Below are positions 28,387-38,316 of a stretch of DNA of 64,000 nt, piece after piece. The stretch is from Candidatus Omnitrophota bacterium (GTDB lineage: Bacteria; Omnitrophota; Gorgyraeia; JABMRG01; JAFGKX01). The notes beneath the pieces were generated by a model. That model saw only the letters and a list, made by a program, of their open reading frames with translations, was not told where the DNA came from and did not search any database. The position numbers and the translations under genes are program-made. The DNA lies in assembly GCA_043797125.1 (NCBI GenBank), contig JAZDPX010000022.1, positions 1,065 through 65,064 on the forward strand, given 5' to 3'. Positions within the stretch are counted from its first letter, which is position 1; every line of letters starts with the position of its first letter.

Positions 28387-28646
28387 AGAGCCTCTATGTG
28401 CTTCTTGGCCTCCTTTGCGTTCTTGTATGTCTTGCCATTTTGAGCTGACAACTTCTCGATTTTGGCCCACTCACTTGAGGTATAAGGCGACTGTACCGTA
28501 ACCTTACAGGGCAACAGTATAATACCGTCTTTACTTACACCAAAGGCGATTGAGGCGCCGGTAGTAACATGCAAAATCTTTCTAATGCGATTAGGTATGG
28601 TAACCTGCCCTTTGGATGTGATTTTAGCGGTTTCTATTATAGTCAT
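28383..28646 (-). CDS. AbrB/MazE/SpoVT family antitoxin
   Basis: AKITSKGQVTIPNRIRKIL; SD AGGAGG upstream. Confidence 0.88.
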   Translation of the reverse strand: MTIIETAKITSKGQVTIPNRIRKILHVTTGASIAFGVSKDGIILLPCKVTVQSPYTSSEWAKIEKLSAQNGKTYKNAKEAKKHIEAL

Positions 28647-28664
28647 TTTAACCTCCTTGTATTC

Positions 28665-28731
28665 CTACTTCCTTACTTCCTTACATCCTTACATCCAACA
28701 GAAGTATACACTACAATATAGCGTTTGTCAA
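28665..28731 (-). promoter_or_regulatory. sigma70 promoter of the AbrB gene with 8-bp tandem repeats in the leader
   Basis: TTGACA(28731-26)-17-TATACT(28708-03); GGATGTAA/GGAAGTAA tandem units downstream. Confidence 0.65.
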
Positions 28732-28814
28732 GACCGAAGGCAGGCCGAACGACTCCGAAAACGTCTCTTGAGCGGGAATAATATTAGTAGCTTTGGTAGG
28801 TATTGTTTGGGTAC

Positions 28815-30164
28815 TTATTGTTTTTCAATCACTATTTTGCTTTTTAACTTTTTTTCTCTATTTGCTAGCAATGCCTTTGCGTTGCTTACCAACTCATCAT
28901 ATTCTGGTATGTTTTGTCCTTTTTCTATAAATTCTTTAAGATCAGATATGCCAACCTCTATGCTGCAGTCACAGTGGTAAACGTTTATATAGCCCAAAGC
29001 AAAAAGGTATAAAATATTACTTTGTTCCTTTGCATATTCTGCTTGTAGAAAATCTATTATCTGCACTATATTACCTGATGGGTTTGTTTTAATTTTTTGA
29101 TAATATTTCAGTAAATCTTTTGGATTTTTATTTTTAATAGCAAAGAAAGCATAATTATAATTAGCAAGTGGCCTTATTTCATCATCTGTAACTTTATCTG
29201 TGTGGTGTTTAGCTGCTGATAAATCATTATCCACCACATAACATAACCTTGCTATGTCTAAATGCGCTTTTGAATCATCCGGCTTAATTCTCAATATATT
29301 CTCATAATATATTTTACTTTCCTTTGGCTTATCATATCTTAGCTTTTCACCTAAAAACCTATATATTTCTATTAAATAAGTTTGTATGTGTTCTTTAAAA
29401 ATACTCAAATTTGGAAAATCTTCTGGCTTTTTGTTTGAGATTAATAAATTTAGCTTTTCTAAAATAGCTAAACATTCATTTAATCGCCCTCTCGTGCTTA
29501 AGCTTAGGGCTATTATAAAAAGGCTAATTTCAGTTATATTAGTAGAAACAACTTGTATGTCATTGAAAAAAGCATTGTCTAATATTTTCCAATATCTTCC
29601 TTTTATGCTATCATCGATATGTTTGATTAATACAGGACGTGCAAACTCTGGAAGCAATCTATATAAATAAGTGAATTTTAGCTTAAACTCAGATGTCTTT
29701 TCTTTGTTGTCAAAACCTTCTAAGGTATACCCCCAAATTATTAAATCTGTCATTCTTTTTCGTGCATACCCTTCTGCCCTTTCACGGCTTTTCATAGAGA
29801 AATCTGATGGCATACTTCTTGCAATGATAGATCTTGATAAATTCAACTCGTCAATTTTTGAAGATATAATCTTTATAATGGATTCGTAGTGTTTTTTTGT
29901 TTCTTCCGTGTAATCAATTGCAAATAGAATTTTTATTCTATTAGAAAAAAATAATCTGCCTGAAAAATATCTCCAATATAAGGTGTAAAGTAACCCTAAA
30001 ATGCAGGATATTGCAATAATATATCTACCGTCTTGAATAAATGGCTTTAGCAAGGAAGAAAGGATTAAATATATAAGTATTACGACAAGAAATAGCCCTT
30101 TTTTTGTTCTCATAAACTCGTCGTCTTTTTCAATGAAGGTTTTAATAATATTTTCTATACACAT
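28815..30164 (-). CDS. membrane-anchored TPR-like protein of unknown function
   Basis: Two N-terminal hydrophobic helices; C-terminal TPR-like helices (YYENILRIKPDDSKAHLDIA, LANYNYAFFA); very AT-rich. Confidence 0.65.
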   Translation of the reverse strand: MCIENIIKTFIEKDDEFMRTKKGLFLVVILIYLILSSLLKPFIQDGRYIIAISCILGLLYTLYWRYFSGRLFFSNRIKILFAIDYTEETKKHYESIIKIISSKIDELNLSRSIIARSMPSDFSMKSRERAEGYARKRMTDLIIWGYTLEGFDNKEKTSEFKLKFTYLYRLLPEFARPVLIKHIDDSIKGRYWKILDNAFFNDIQVVSTNITEISLFIIALSLSTRGRLNECLAILEKLNLLISNKKPEDFPNLSIFKEHIQTYLIEIYRFLGEKLRYDKPKESKIYYENILRIKPDDSKAHLDIARLCYVVDNDLSAAKHHTDKVTDDEIRPLANYNYAFFAIKNKNPKDLLKYYQKIKTNPSGNIVQIIDFLQAEYAKEQSNILYLFALGYINVYHCDCSIEVGISDLKEFIEKGQNIPEYDELVSNAKALLANREKKLKSKIVIEKQ

Positions 30165-30299
30165 AGCATTTTACCCTGATTTCATCTAATCCATTTTAAG
30201 CGACCTTCGGACATTTTATGTTACCCCATATACGGCAACCATCGTTTTCTTATCAAGCAACGCTGTGCCACTTACATCCCAATCGGATACATCTTATTT

Positions 30300-32693
30300 C
30301 TATGATGCTTCGATTGTTTCAATTTCCTGCAACAAGGTCTCATTGGCCAGAATATGTAATAAAATTTTTGCCAAGCCTTTCATTGTGTATGATACTAATT
30401 CGGATGGTTCAAACTGCATCTTTTCATCACTGTATTTATTCAAGCTTTCTTCTTTCTTTAATCGTTGGTAGAGCTCATAATAGAATACCAAGGAGAGTAA
30501 ATAAACAGCCGTTTTATAAGTCCGTTGAACAATTTCAATTTGTTTACCTATTACTTTCCTTGCCCTTATAAACTTATCTAGTTCCAATGAATTCATATTT
30601 ATCGCTATAGCATCAATCAAGCACCCTTCTTGGCTAGATTCGTGAAGATAGCAAATATCCGTCTCATACCAATTATAATTTTCCCAGCATTTGTAATTAT
30701 CTTCTTTGTCCTCTTCGTTTTTTTCTTTATAGACCTCTATGAGCTTCGGCAGAGAATATTCCTTCTTCTTGTCTACTTCTTCTTCTCGAAACTCTCCATG
30801 AGGTTTATCTATTACAATATCAGCTATTAATCTATGTAGACCATCAGGAGAGCTCATTTCTATGTTAATCGGCACTTTAGTGCCAATTGGCAATTCTTTC
30901 TTTGGCTTTATCCTTAACTTAATATCCCCTTCATTTGGCCCCACGACATTGACATCTAAAACTTCTTCATAATCACCACCCGGCCCTACCGGACCGGGAC
31001 CTTTCCCTGTATATGGCCTAAGGACTTTTATCTTCAGCTCACCTTTATCATGAGGCCTTATGAGATATTCGTTCTCCACATCAGTTTCGATGTTTATTTT
31101 GCATTCACCATTCTGTGGGAGCATTTTAATATCACCCGGTTTTAAGTTCTTAAATTGAAAATATGTTGGATACCGCTTCCCAGTAAATTTTTCTTTTTTT
31201 GTTTCGATTTCCTTTTTTACTTTGGTCAATTCTCGCCCAATGACTCCTCCGGCTAAGCCCAACAATTTTTCAATCTCTTTGTCATCCCTTAATAATTTAC
31301 CAACGATACTTTTGAGGAATTTCTCATCTTTAGGGTTCGCGAAAATCTGCTCTTTGCGCCATCTCTCATCAAGAGAGGTGAGATAATCATTATCCTTCAA
31401 TTCTTTAGTAATATTATCTATAAGATTTCTGTATTCAACCTTATCCCTCATTTGAGACCGAGATGACATAAATATGTCTTCATGTAATTCCCTCGGCATG
31501 GCCGAGCAATCAACGCTTACTAGCAAGTGGCCTTTCAAATATGCCTTTTTTAGGTCCTGACTAACAAATCTATTATCTATAGAGTGCTGAACTTGACCAT
31601 TGACAGAAAAGACTAGGGCCATATCTCTGATAAATTCTCTAGGTTCAAGTTCTTTTTTGAATACAAATACCTCAATCGGATATTCGACATTGTCGGATTT
31701 AATTTTTGCAGTAAATATGTTTTCTACGCTATCCCTGCTGTCTAAAAAACACCTCATTCTGTTGCCATGCATTATTTTAGTAGGTGAGTGGCTGGCTCTG
31801 TATCTTGTTTCATATAACAATACCGGTAAGGCCGGTTTATACAAATACCTGTTCAGTTCGCGCCAAAGGTCCAGTGTTATATCAGATGGATTTCGGAGGT
31901 CGTAATTAAACAGTTTGATATATGTGCCACCGGCAAATTTTCTTCCCGACAGGTTTAAATCTAAAGGTTGGCTAGTAAACTCAAAAATTTTGCCATCCGC
32001 ATTTATACAATATTCATACCACGACGCTCTAACGCTTTCACCAGTGCCCCTGTTCCGCCTAACAAGCGTAAATCCAAATGGCTGGTTGTCATCCAATAGA
32101 TTTTTTCTAGAAATAATCAATTGGTATCTGTTATTTCCGCAAAAAGGCAATACTGCTGTGCCTCCCATGTTGTATTTGCCTTGCACAAAAAAGATTTTTA
32201 TTTTATTTTTTTTGTTAAGCGAGACTAGTGTATTAGGAAAGTTTTGAGGATGTTGTCCCTCTCCATTATCATAGATACAAATATTTGGGGCCGTTTTTGA
32301 CTCCTCTGCAATTATCTGTATGTTAGATGCCAGCTCTCTTCTTTTTGGATCTGTAAGGTCTGTATAAGCTGCATCGTTTATACCGAAATATCTTTCAAGA
32401 GCTTCTTCCATTGACTTCGGAGCGTTAGGACCCTCCGGATGCTCACCTTTCTGAAAGCAGGCTTTTATTAATATGGCATCTATAGAGTTAGTTATCTTTT
32501 CGATTAAGGATGGAACGGCCTGTGGGGACTGACCGGTAACTGTCCCTAAATTATTTGCAGCATCCCCATAGTGGCGCCAGTTTCCCTGGTTGCTCAAAAC
32601 TGGATGTTTGTCTATTGCTCTCGCAACATCTTCTTCTGAACGAGCATTGGCCAAGTTTAGGCAAAGTCTTTTTATGGCAGTATTATCCATCAT
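30300..32693 (-). CDS. GHKL (Hsp90/MORC-like) ATPase with a long uncharacterised C-terminal region
   Basis: Bergerat motifs EKITNSIDA, IYDNGEGQ, QGKYNMGGT, GGTYIKL. Confidence 0.8.
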   Translation of the reverse strand: MMDNTAIKRLCLNLANARSEEDVARAIDKHPVLSNQGNWRHYGDAANNLGTVTGQSPQAVPSLIEKITNSIDAILIKACFQKGEHPEGPNAPKSMEEALERYFGINDAAYTDLTDPKRRELASNIQIIAEESKTAPNICIYDNGEGQHPQNFPNTLVSLNKKNKIKIFFVQGKYNMGGTAVLPFCGNNRYQLIISRKNLLDDNQPFGFTLVRRNRGTGESVRASWYEYCINADGKIFEFTSQPLDLNLSGRKFAGGTYIKLFNYDLRNPSDITLDLWRELNRYLYKPALPVLLYETRYRASHSPTKIMHGNRMRCFLDSRDSVENIFTAKIKSDNVEYPIEVFVFKKELEPREFIRDMALVFSVNGQVQHSIDNRFVSQDLKKAYLKGHLLVSVDCSAMPRELHEDIFMSSRSQMRDKVEYRNLIDNITKELKDNDYLTSLDERWRKEQIFANPKDEKFLKSIVGKLLRDDKEIEKLLGLAGGVIGRELTKVKKEIETKKEKFTGKRYPTYFQFKNLKPGDIKMLPQNGECKINIETDVENEYLIRPHDKGELKIKVLRPYTGKGPGPVGPGGDYEEVLDVNVVGPNEGDIKLRIKPKKELPIGTKVPINIEMSSPDGLHRLIADIVIDKPHGEFREEEVDKKKEYSLPKLIEVYKEKNEEDKEDNYKCWENYNWYETDICYLHESSQEGCLIDAIAINMNSLELDKFIRARKVIGKQIEIVQRTYKTAVYLLSLVFYYELYQRLKKEESLNKYSDEKMQFEPSELVSYTMKGLAKILLHILANETLLQEIETIEAS

Positions 32694-32696
32694 AGA

Positions 32697-32921
32697 TTAA
32701 AACTTGAATGTGTTGTTATTCGATTTGGCGTTAAAAAACACTTTTATCCTCTTTAATTCACCATCTACAGCGTGAAATATTTTGGTAACCTCATCATTTG
32801 TATACTGATATATGCCTTTATTAGAGCAGTTGCCCAATTTCCTAATGGCTTCTAGGACATTCTGAGTCCTTCTGGCCGCAACCCTTTTAAATCTATCTGT
32901 CTTTGCTTCGTTTGCCGTCAT
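32697..32921 (-). CDS. small conserved-looking hypothetical protein coupled to the GHKL ATPase
   Basis: DRFKRVAARRTQNVLEAIRKLGNCSNKGIYQYT; SD AAGGAG; 3 bp from the ATPase start; upstream TTGACA-17-TATGCT. Confidence 0.7.
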   Translation of the reverse strand: MTANEAKTDRFKRVAARRTQNVLEAIRKLGNCSNKGIYQYTNDEVTKIFHAVDGELKRIKVFFNAKSNNNTFKF

Positions 32922-33113
32922 ATACCTTACTCCTTTTCAATAACTTCTTATTAAAAAGCATAGCATACAGTAAACAATTTGTCAACTATTTTTTAAATAA
33001 ATCTTAACAATTTACAAAATATTTTTAAAATAGTTCTAATTTTTATGCTGACGTCTAAGTCATGCGTTTTGCCGGAGCTCTTATGATAAAGTTCAAATCA
33101 TTGCGGATGAAAT

Positions 33114-33407
33114 ATCAGAAAATTTTTGCATAAGCCTTTGGGCATTGCCGAAAAAACAATAGCGGAAGATTTGGCTTGCTTGTTTTGGTTGTAGGCAAAA
33201 CATAGGAGTGCAGGCTGGGGACACCGAAACTGAACCCTTGGATAGTAGGGCAGGCTAAAGCCTGCCCTACTATCTATAGGTGAATTTCGGAGGGGCCCCG
33301 GCCGAACGACTATAGTTTTGCCCAAATCTGAAGCGTGTTTTTGAGGCAATGCCCAAGGCTTATATTAGTGATTTGAGTTTCTTGGTGAGTGCCGGAAGGA
33401 CTTCGAA
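33114..33407. repeat. right copy of the long direct repeat (family B hairpin 33131..33362 plus etfA 3' end)
   Basis: Matches 26794..27106. Confidence 0.93.
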
Positions 33408-34553
33408 TAAATCGCCCACGATACCGTAAGTGGCGACTTTGAATATGGGGGCATCGGGGTCTTTATTTATCGCGATGATAATATCCGACGACGACATCCC
33501 TGCTAAATGCTGAATCTGGCCTGATATGCCGCAGGCGATATATATCTTTGGGCAGACGGTCTTTCCTGTTTGCCCTACCTGGTGCGCGTATGATATCCAG
33601 TTAGCGTCAACAGCAGCGCGCGAGGCGCCGACAGCCGCGCCTAAAACTTCCGCAAATTCGCGTACAACAGAAAAATTTTCCGGCTTTCCAAGGCCTCTTC
33701 CGCCTGAAACAATAAAATCAGCTTCGGAAAGGTTTATCTTTTCCTTGTCCTCTTCTACAACATCAACTATTTTGGTCCTTGATTTAAGCAAGCTATCCGG
33801 ATAAGTCTTTTTTATCACTTGCCCTTTTCTCGCCGTGTCAATTTCCGCCTCTTTCATAACCTTGTGCCTTACAGTCGACATCTGCGGCCTGTGATTCGGG
33901 CAGATTATTGTCGCCATAATGTTTCCGCCAAAAGCGGGGCGCGTCTGCAAAAGCAGGCGTCTTTCTTCGTCTATATCCAGGCCTGTGCAATCAGCAGTAA
34001 GGCCTGCGTCTATTTTAACAGCGACTCTTGAGATCAAAGAGCGGCCAATTGAAGTCGCTCCGCACAACACTATTTCAGGCTTATACTCGTTTATCAACTC
34101 GACTATTATATTGGTATAGGGTTCATCCAGATAGTGTCCCAGTTTCGGATTATCAACCACATATACTTTATCAGCGCCTCTATGTATTATATCCTGTGTT
34201 CTATCGTTGACCTTGTTTCCGATTAATATACAGGATAATTCAACGTCAAGCCTGTCAGCGAGCTCTCTGCCTTTGCCAAGCAATTCATACGTAATAGACT
34301 GGATAATGCCTTTTTTCTGTTCCGCTATAATGCAGACGCCTTTATAATCAGCGAGATTTTTCTGTAAGTCCTCTTCTCTTCGCAATATAATCGCGTCAAA
34401 CTTGCAGGCATCAACGCATGCGCCGCAAAGAGTGCATTTGTCCATATTAATGACGGCAAGCCTGCCTTCCATGTAAATGGCGTCGTAAGGGCAGGCCTTC
34501 AGGCACAATTTGCAGCCAACGCATTTTTCTGTAATTACTTCAATTCCAGTCAT
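33360..34553 (-). CDS. etfA: electron transfer flavoprotein alpha subunit with N-terminal 2x[4Fe-4S] ferredoxin domain
   Basis: [12 protein letters not shown] and [11 protein letters not shown]; [33 protein letters not shown]. Confidence 0.95.
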   Translation of the reverse strand: MTGIEVITEKCVGCKLCLKACPYDAIYMEGRLAVINMDKCTLCGACVDACKFDAIILRREEDLQKNLADYKGVCIIAEQKKGIIQSITYELLGKGRELADRLDVELSCILIGNKVNDRTQDIIHRGADKVYVVDNPKLGHYLDEPYTNIIVELINEYKPEIVLCGATSIGRSLISRVAVKIDAGLTADCTGLDIDEERRLLLQTRPAFGGNIMATIICPNHRPQMSTVRHKVMKEAEIDTARKGQVIKKTYPDSLLKSRTKIVDVVEEDKEKINLSEADFIVSGGRGLGKPENFSVVREFAEVLGAAVGASRAAVDANWISYAHQVGQTGKTVCPKIYIACGISGQIQHLAGMSSSDIIIAINKDPDAPIFKVATYGIVGDLFEVLPALTKKLKSLI

Positions 34554-34582
34554 TTGCTCTTCCTTAAATTAAAACATATAAT

Positions 34583-34666
34583 ACACAGATGATCGCAGAT
34601 TAAAAGAAATAGATGATCGCAGATATCTGTGATCATCTTGTTTTTTTATCTGTGCTAATCTGTGTC
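34583..34666. repeat. degenerate (CAGAT/ATCTG) inverted array between etfB and etfA
   Basis: acacagatgatcgcagat ... atctgtgatcatct ... atctgtgctaatctgtgt. Confidence 0.7.
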
Positions 34667-34670
34667 TTTT

Positions 34671-35462
34671 TCAAAACTTCGGTTTTAACTCATCTTTTAT
34701 GCGCTCGATTAATTTCGCGACAGATTCTTGTATCTCGCCGTGAAAGATCTCACCGCCGCTGCGCGGCTGCGGAGTAAAAATCTTCACGACTTGAGTCGGT
34801 GAACCGTTAAGCCCTGCTAATTTTTCGCTAATTCCTAAATCAGCTATTGTCCATTTTATAATCTGAGCTTTTTTCGCAGCCATTTTTCCCTTTAAAGACG
34901 GGATGCGGGGCTCGTTTATCTCTTTAACTACCGTAAAGACAGCTGGCAGGGGGGTTTCTATTACCTCGAAACCTTCCTCTGTCATTCTTTCGACCCTGGC
35001 AGAACCGTTTTCTATCTTTTCTATTTTTTTAACATAAGTAACCTGCGGTATATCCAAATGCGCTGATATGCCGGGGCCTACCTGCGCAGTGTCTCCGTCA
35101 GCAGCCTGTTTTCCGCAGAATATAACATCAAAAGATTTTATTTTTGTTATTGCGCTCGCAAGTGTATAACTTGTAGCCCAGGTGTCGCTTCCTGCAAATG
35201 CCCTGTCAGTCAAAAGTATAGCCTCATCGCAGCCTAATGATATGGCCTCGCGAAGCGCTGTTTCCACCTGCGGCGGGCCCATGGAAAGAACGGTCACTTT
35301 GCCGCCGAGCTTTTCCTTGGTCCTGACAGCCTCTTCTATGGCATACATATCAAATGGATTAATAATAGACTCAACGCCCTCTCTTATAAGGGTGTTGGTC
35401 TCTGGATTTATCCTTACGTTAGTTGTATCCGGGACTTGTTTTATGCAAACGATTATGTTCAT
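34671..35462 (-). CDS. etfB: electron transfer flavoprotein beta subunit
   Basis: IVCIKQVPDT, INPFD, GSDTWAT, GKQAADGDTAQVGP. Confidence 0.96.
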   Translation of the reverse strand: MNIIVCIKQVPDTTNVRINPETNTLIREGVESIINPFDMYAIEEAVRTKEKLGGKVTVLSMGPPQVETALREAISLGCDEAILLTDRAFAGSDTWATSYTLASAITKIKSFDVIFCGKQAADGDTAQVGPGISAHLDIPQVTYVKKIEKIENGSARVERMTEEGFEVIETPLPAVFTVVKEINEPRIPSLKGKMAAKKAQIIKWTIADLGISEKLAGLNGSPTQVVKIFTPQPRSGGEIFHGEIQESVAKLIERIKDELKPKF

Positions 35463-35466
35463 TTAT

Positions 35467-35503
35467 TGGTCTATGGTCTATAGTCGATAGTCTATGGTCT
35501 ATA
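35467..35503. repeat. heptamer array (GGTCTAT)n
   Basis: tggtctatggtctatagtcgatagtctatggtctata. Confidence 0.8.
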
Positions 35504-35510
35504 ATGATAA

Positions 35511-36665
35511 CTATTTTTTTAACGATTCTTTGATAATCTCCGAAGCGATAACGCCGCGCTGAATCTGATTTGTGCCTTCGTAAATCTGCGTTATCTTCGC
35601 GTCGCGCATATATTTTTCAACCGGGTATTCCTTCATATATCCGTATCCGCCGAATACCTGCACAGCGTCGGTGGTAACTCTCATACACATATCTGACGCA
35701 AAAAGTTTTGACTGCGCAGATATTTTTGATATGTCCTTCGCGCCTGAATCAATGGCCTTTGCCGCGTAATATACAAGCGCCCTTGCCGCCTCAATCTGCG
35801 TATCCATATCAGCCAGCATAAACTGCATGCCCTGAAAACTGGATATGGGCTTGCCAAATTGCACTCTCTCTTTGGCGTATTTTACCGCGTGATCAAGCGC
35901 CCCTTGGGCAATTCCCACTGCCTGCGCGCCGATTCCCGGACGGGATTTATCAAATGTCTTCATCGCGACTATAAACCCGTAGCCTTCTTTACCTAATATA
36001 TTTTCTTTTGGGATTTTACAGTCAGTAAACACAAGCTCTCTTGTAGCCGATGCCCTTATTCCCATCTTGTCCTCTTTTTTGCCGAATTCAAAACCAGGGG
36101 TGCCTTTCTCAACAATAAACGCGCTTGCTCCGCGGGAACCTTTTGTCTTATCGGTAATTGCTATTACAGTATATGTTTCTGCCTCTCCGCCGTTTGTAAT
36201 CCACTGCTTTGTGCCGTTTAAAATATAATAATCGCCCTGTCTTTTAGCGGTTGTTGCAACTGCGCCGGCGTCGCTTCCTGCGCCTGCCTCTGTCAATCCA
36301 AATGCAGCGAGCTTTTTGCCTTTAGCAATATCGGGCAAATACTTTTTCTTCTGCTCTTTGGTGCCATATAATATTATAGGATATGCGCCTAAGGCTGTTG
36401 CTGCGTAGCAGACAGCTATGCCTCCGCAGGCTTTAGAAAATTCCTCTGTTGCTATGCATAGCTCTGTAACGCCTCCGCCTGTGCCGCCGAATTCTTCTTC
36501 AACAAAAATCCCGAAAAGATCGCTGTCTGCGATTGTCTTTATCACACCCCATGGAAATTCACCTGTCTCATCGTGGTGGGCTGCTACAGGCGCGATCTTC
36601 TCCCGAGCAATCTGGCGAGCGAGGTCGCGTATCATTATCTGTTCTTCGGTAAATAGGTAATCCAT
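35511..36665 (-). CDS. acyl-CoA dehydrogenase (butyryl-CoA dehydrogenase-like)
   Basis: FGLTEAGAGSDA, LNGTKQWITNG, QVFGGYGY, QIYEGTNQIQR. Confidence 0.93.
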   Translation of the reverse strand: MDYLFTEEQIMIRDLARQIAREKIAPVAAHHDETGEFPWGVIKTIADSDLFGIFVEEEFGGTGGGVTELCIATEEFSKACGGIAVCYAATALGAYPIILYGTKEQKKKYLPDIAKGKKLAAFGLTEAGAGSDAGAVATTAKRQGDYYILNGTKQWITNGGEAETYTVIAITDKTKGSRGASAFIVEKGTPGFEFGKKEDKMGIRASATRELVFTDCKIPKENILGKEGYGFIVAMKTFDKSRPGIGAQAVGIAQGALDHAVKYAKERVQFGKPISSFQGMQFMLADMDTQIEAARALVYYAAKAIDSGAKDISKISAQSKLFASDMCMRVTTDAVQVFGGYGYMKEYPVEKYMRDAKITQIYEGTNQIQRGVIASEIIKESLKK

Positions 36666-36684
36666 TTTTTCACCTCCAAAAAAA

Positions 36685-36775
36685 TCTATGGTCTATAGTC
36701 GATGGTCAATGGTCTATGGTCTATAATTATTGCAAACGATAGACTATCGACTATTGACTATAGACTATAGACCAA
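36685..36775. repeat. heptamer inverted array (GGTCTAT / ATAGACT)
   Basis: Forward arm 36685-36725, reverse arm about 36739-36775. Confidence 0.82.
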
Positions 36776-36776
36776 T

Positions 36777-38015
36777 TCAAATTTTCTTCAAAGCTATAGT
36801 GCAATTATGCCCGCCAAAACCCAGGCTATTGGATATGGCTGCTCTTATATTAAGCTTTTTTGCTTTATTGGGCGTATAATCAAGGTCGCATTCCGGATCC
36901 GGGACTTCATAATTTATCGTGGGGGGTACAATTCCGTAAAATATGGATAATGCGGTTGCAACAGCTTCTATGCCGCCGGCTGCGCCTAAAAGATGGCCTG
37001 TCATTGATTTTGTGGAACTTATACTTAACTTATAAGCATGGCTTCCAAACACTTCTTTAATAGCCATTGTCTCTATCTTATCATTAAGCAGCGTAGAAGT
37101 ACCGTGGGCATTTATATAATCCACGTCTTGGGGTTTTAGGCCTGCGTCTTTTATGCAGTTGTTCATGCACAAAATTGCTCCTTTACCTTCCGGGTCAGGC
37201 GCTGTCATGTGATACGCATCGCCGCTCATGGCATAACCTACAATTTCTGCGTATATTTTTGCGTTTCTTTTCTTGGCATGTTCATAATCTTCCAACACAA
37301 GGATTCCTGAGCCTTCGCCCATTACAAAACCGTCTCGTTCTTTATCAAATGGCCTGGATGCGCCTCTAGGGTCATGGTTTCTGGTTGAAAGAGAGCGGGC
37401 AGCGCAAAAACCGCCAAAACCCAACGGAGAAATAGCAGCCTCTGTGCCTCCACAAAGCATTAAATCAGCATCGCCGCGCTGTATTACCTTAAACGAATCT
37501 CCTATGGTATTGGTTCCTGTAGCGCATGCTGTTGAAACGCAGCTGTTTGGGCCTTTCAGGCCCAAATCCATTGAAACCTTGCCGGCAGCCATATTAACTA
37601 TCAGCATAGGTATAAAAAAAGGCGTTAAACGCGATACGCCTTTTTCAATTAAAACCTTATGTTCGGACTCTATTGTGTGTATGCCTCCGATGCCGGAACC
37701 TATAATCACGCCAAAACGATCTTTATCTATTAAACTAAGGTTCAGGCCCGCATCTTCAACAGCATTCCTTGACGCGACAATTGCAAACTGCACAAACCTG
37801 TCTGTTCTTTTTAAGTCCTTTGCAGCTAAAAACTTGGTAGGATCAAAATCCCTCACTTCTCCGGCCATTTTGGACGGAAAGGTACTGGCATCAAATGCTG
37901 TAATGCTATCAACGCCGTTTTTACCTTGGCAAAGAGCTTCCCAAAAAGCCTTTACGCTGCTGCCAATAGGCGTAATAACGCCCATACCAGTAATAACTAC
38001 TCTTCTTTTTTCCAT
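36777..38015 (-). CDS. fabF: 3-oxoacyl-ACP synthase II
   Basis: [41 protein letters not shown]. Confidence 0.96.
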   Translation of the reverse strand: MEKRRVVITGMGVITPIGSSVKAFWEALCQGKNGVDSITAFDASTFPSKMAGEVRDFDPTKFLAAKDLKRTDRFVQFAIVASRNAVEDAGLNLSLIDKDRFGVIIGSGIGGIHTIESEHKVLIEKGVSRLTPFFIPMLIVNMAAGKVSMDLGLKGPNSCVSTACATGTNTIGDSFKVIQRGDADLMLCGGTEAAISPLGFGGFCAARSLSTRNHDPRGASRPFDKERDGFVMGEGSGILVLEDYEHAKKRNAKIYAEIVGYAMSGDAYHMTAPDPEGKGAILCMNNCIKDAGLKPQDVDYINAHGTSTLLNDKIETMAIKEVFGSHAYKLSISSTKSMTGHLLGAAGGIEAVATALSIFYGIVPPTINYEVPDPECDLDYTPNKAKKLNIRAAISNSLGFGGHNCTIALKKI

Positions 38016-38046
38016 TATAAATAGGTGGGAATTTTGGTAGGTATGT

Positions 38047-38295
38047 TTAATCTGATCCCTTTGATGAAACTTTCTCTTCTATATATCTAATGGCATCAGC
38101 TACCTTGCTCATCTTTTCTGCATCTTCATCAGGTATCTCTATGCCAAATTCCTCTTCTAGCGCCATTACAAGCTCAACAGTGTCAAGCGAGTCAGCTCCC
38201 AAGTCATCAATAAATGATGCCTCAGGCGTCACTTCTTCAGGCTTTACACCTAACTGTTCCGCAATGATTGATTTTACCTTATCTTCTGTTGCCAT
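38047..38295 (-). CDS. acpP: acyl carrier protein
   Basis: [20 protein letters not shown]. Confidence 0.97.
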   Translation of the reverse strand: MATEDKVKSIIAEQLGVKPEEVTPEASFIDDLGADSLDTVELVMALEEEFGIEIPDEDAEKMSKVADAIRYIEEKVSSKGSD

Positions 38296-38316
38296 TCTTC
38301 TCCCTCCTTGGTTAAC

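Larger units (their letters stand above)
27107..33113. mobile_element. integrase-less accessory/defence-like island between direct repeats
   Basis: AT-rich non-housekeeping genes bounded by a ~295-bp duplication that includes the etfA 3' end. Confidence 0.75.

Noticed and set aside
28734-28749. Second TTCGG-N6-TTCGG (minus strand) next to the AbrB promoter as a LexA box
   Set aside because: It overlaps the 29-bp direct repeat, which itself contains CCGAA pairs, so chance is plausible. Not called without binding data.
27107-33113. Integron cassette array
   Set aside because: Genes are co-oriented, but I found no RYYYAAC...GTTRRRY attC pairs or intI, and the modules have their own promoters.
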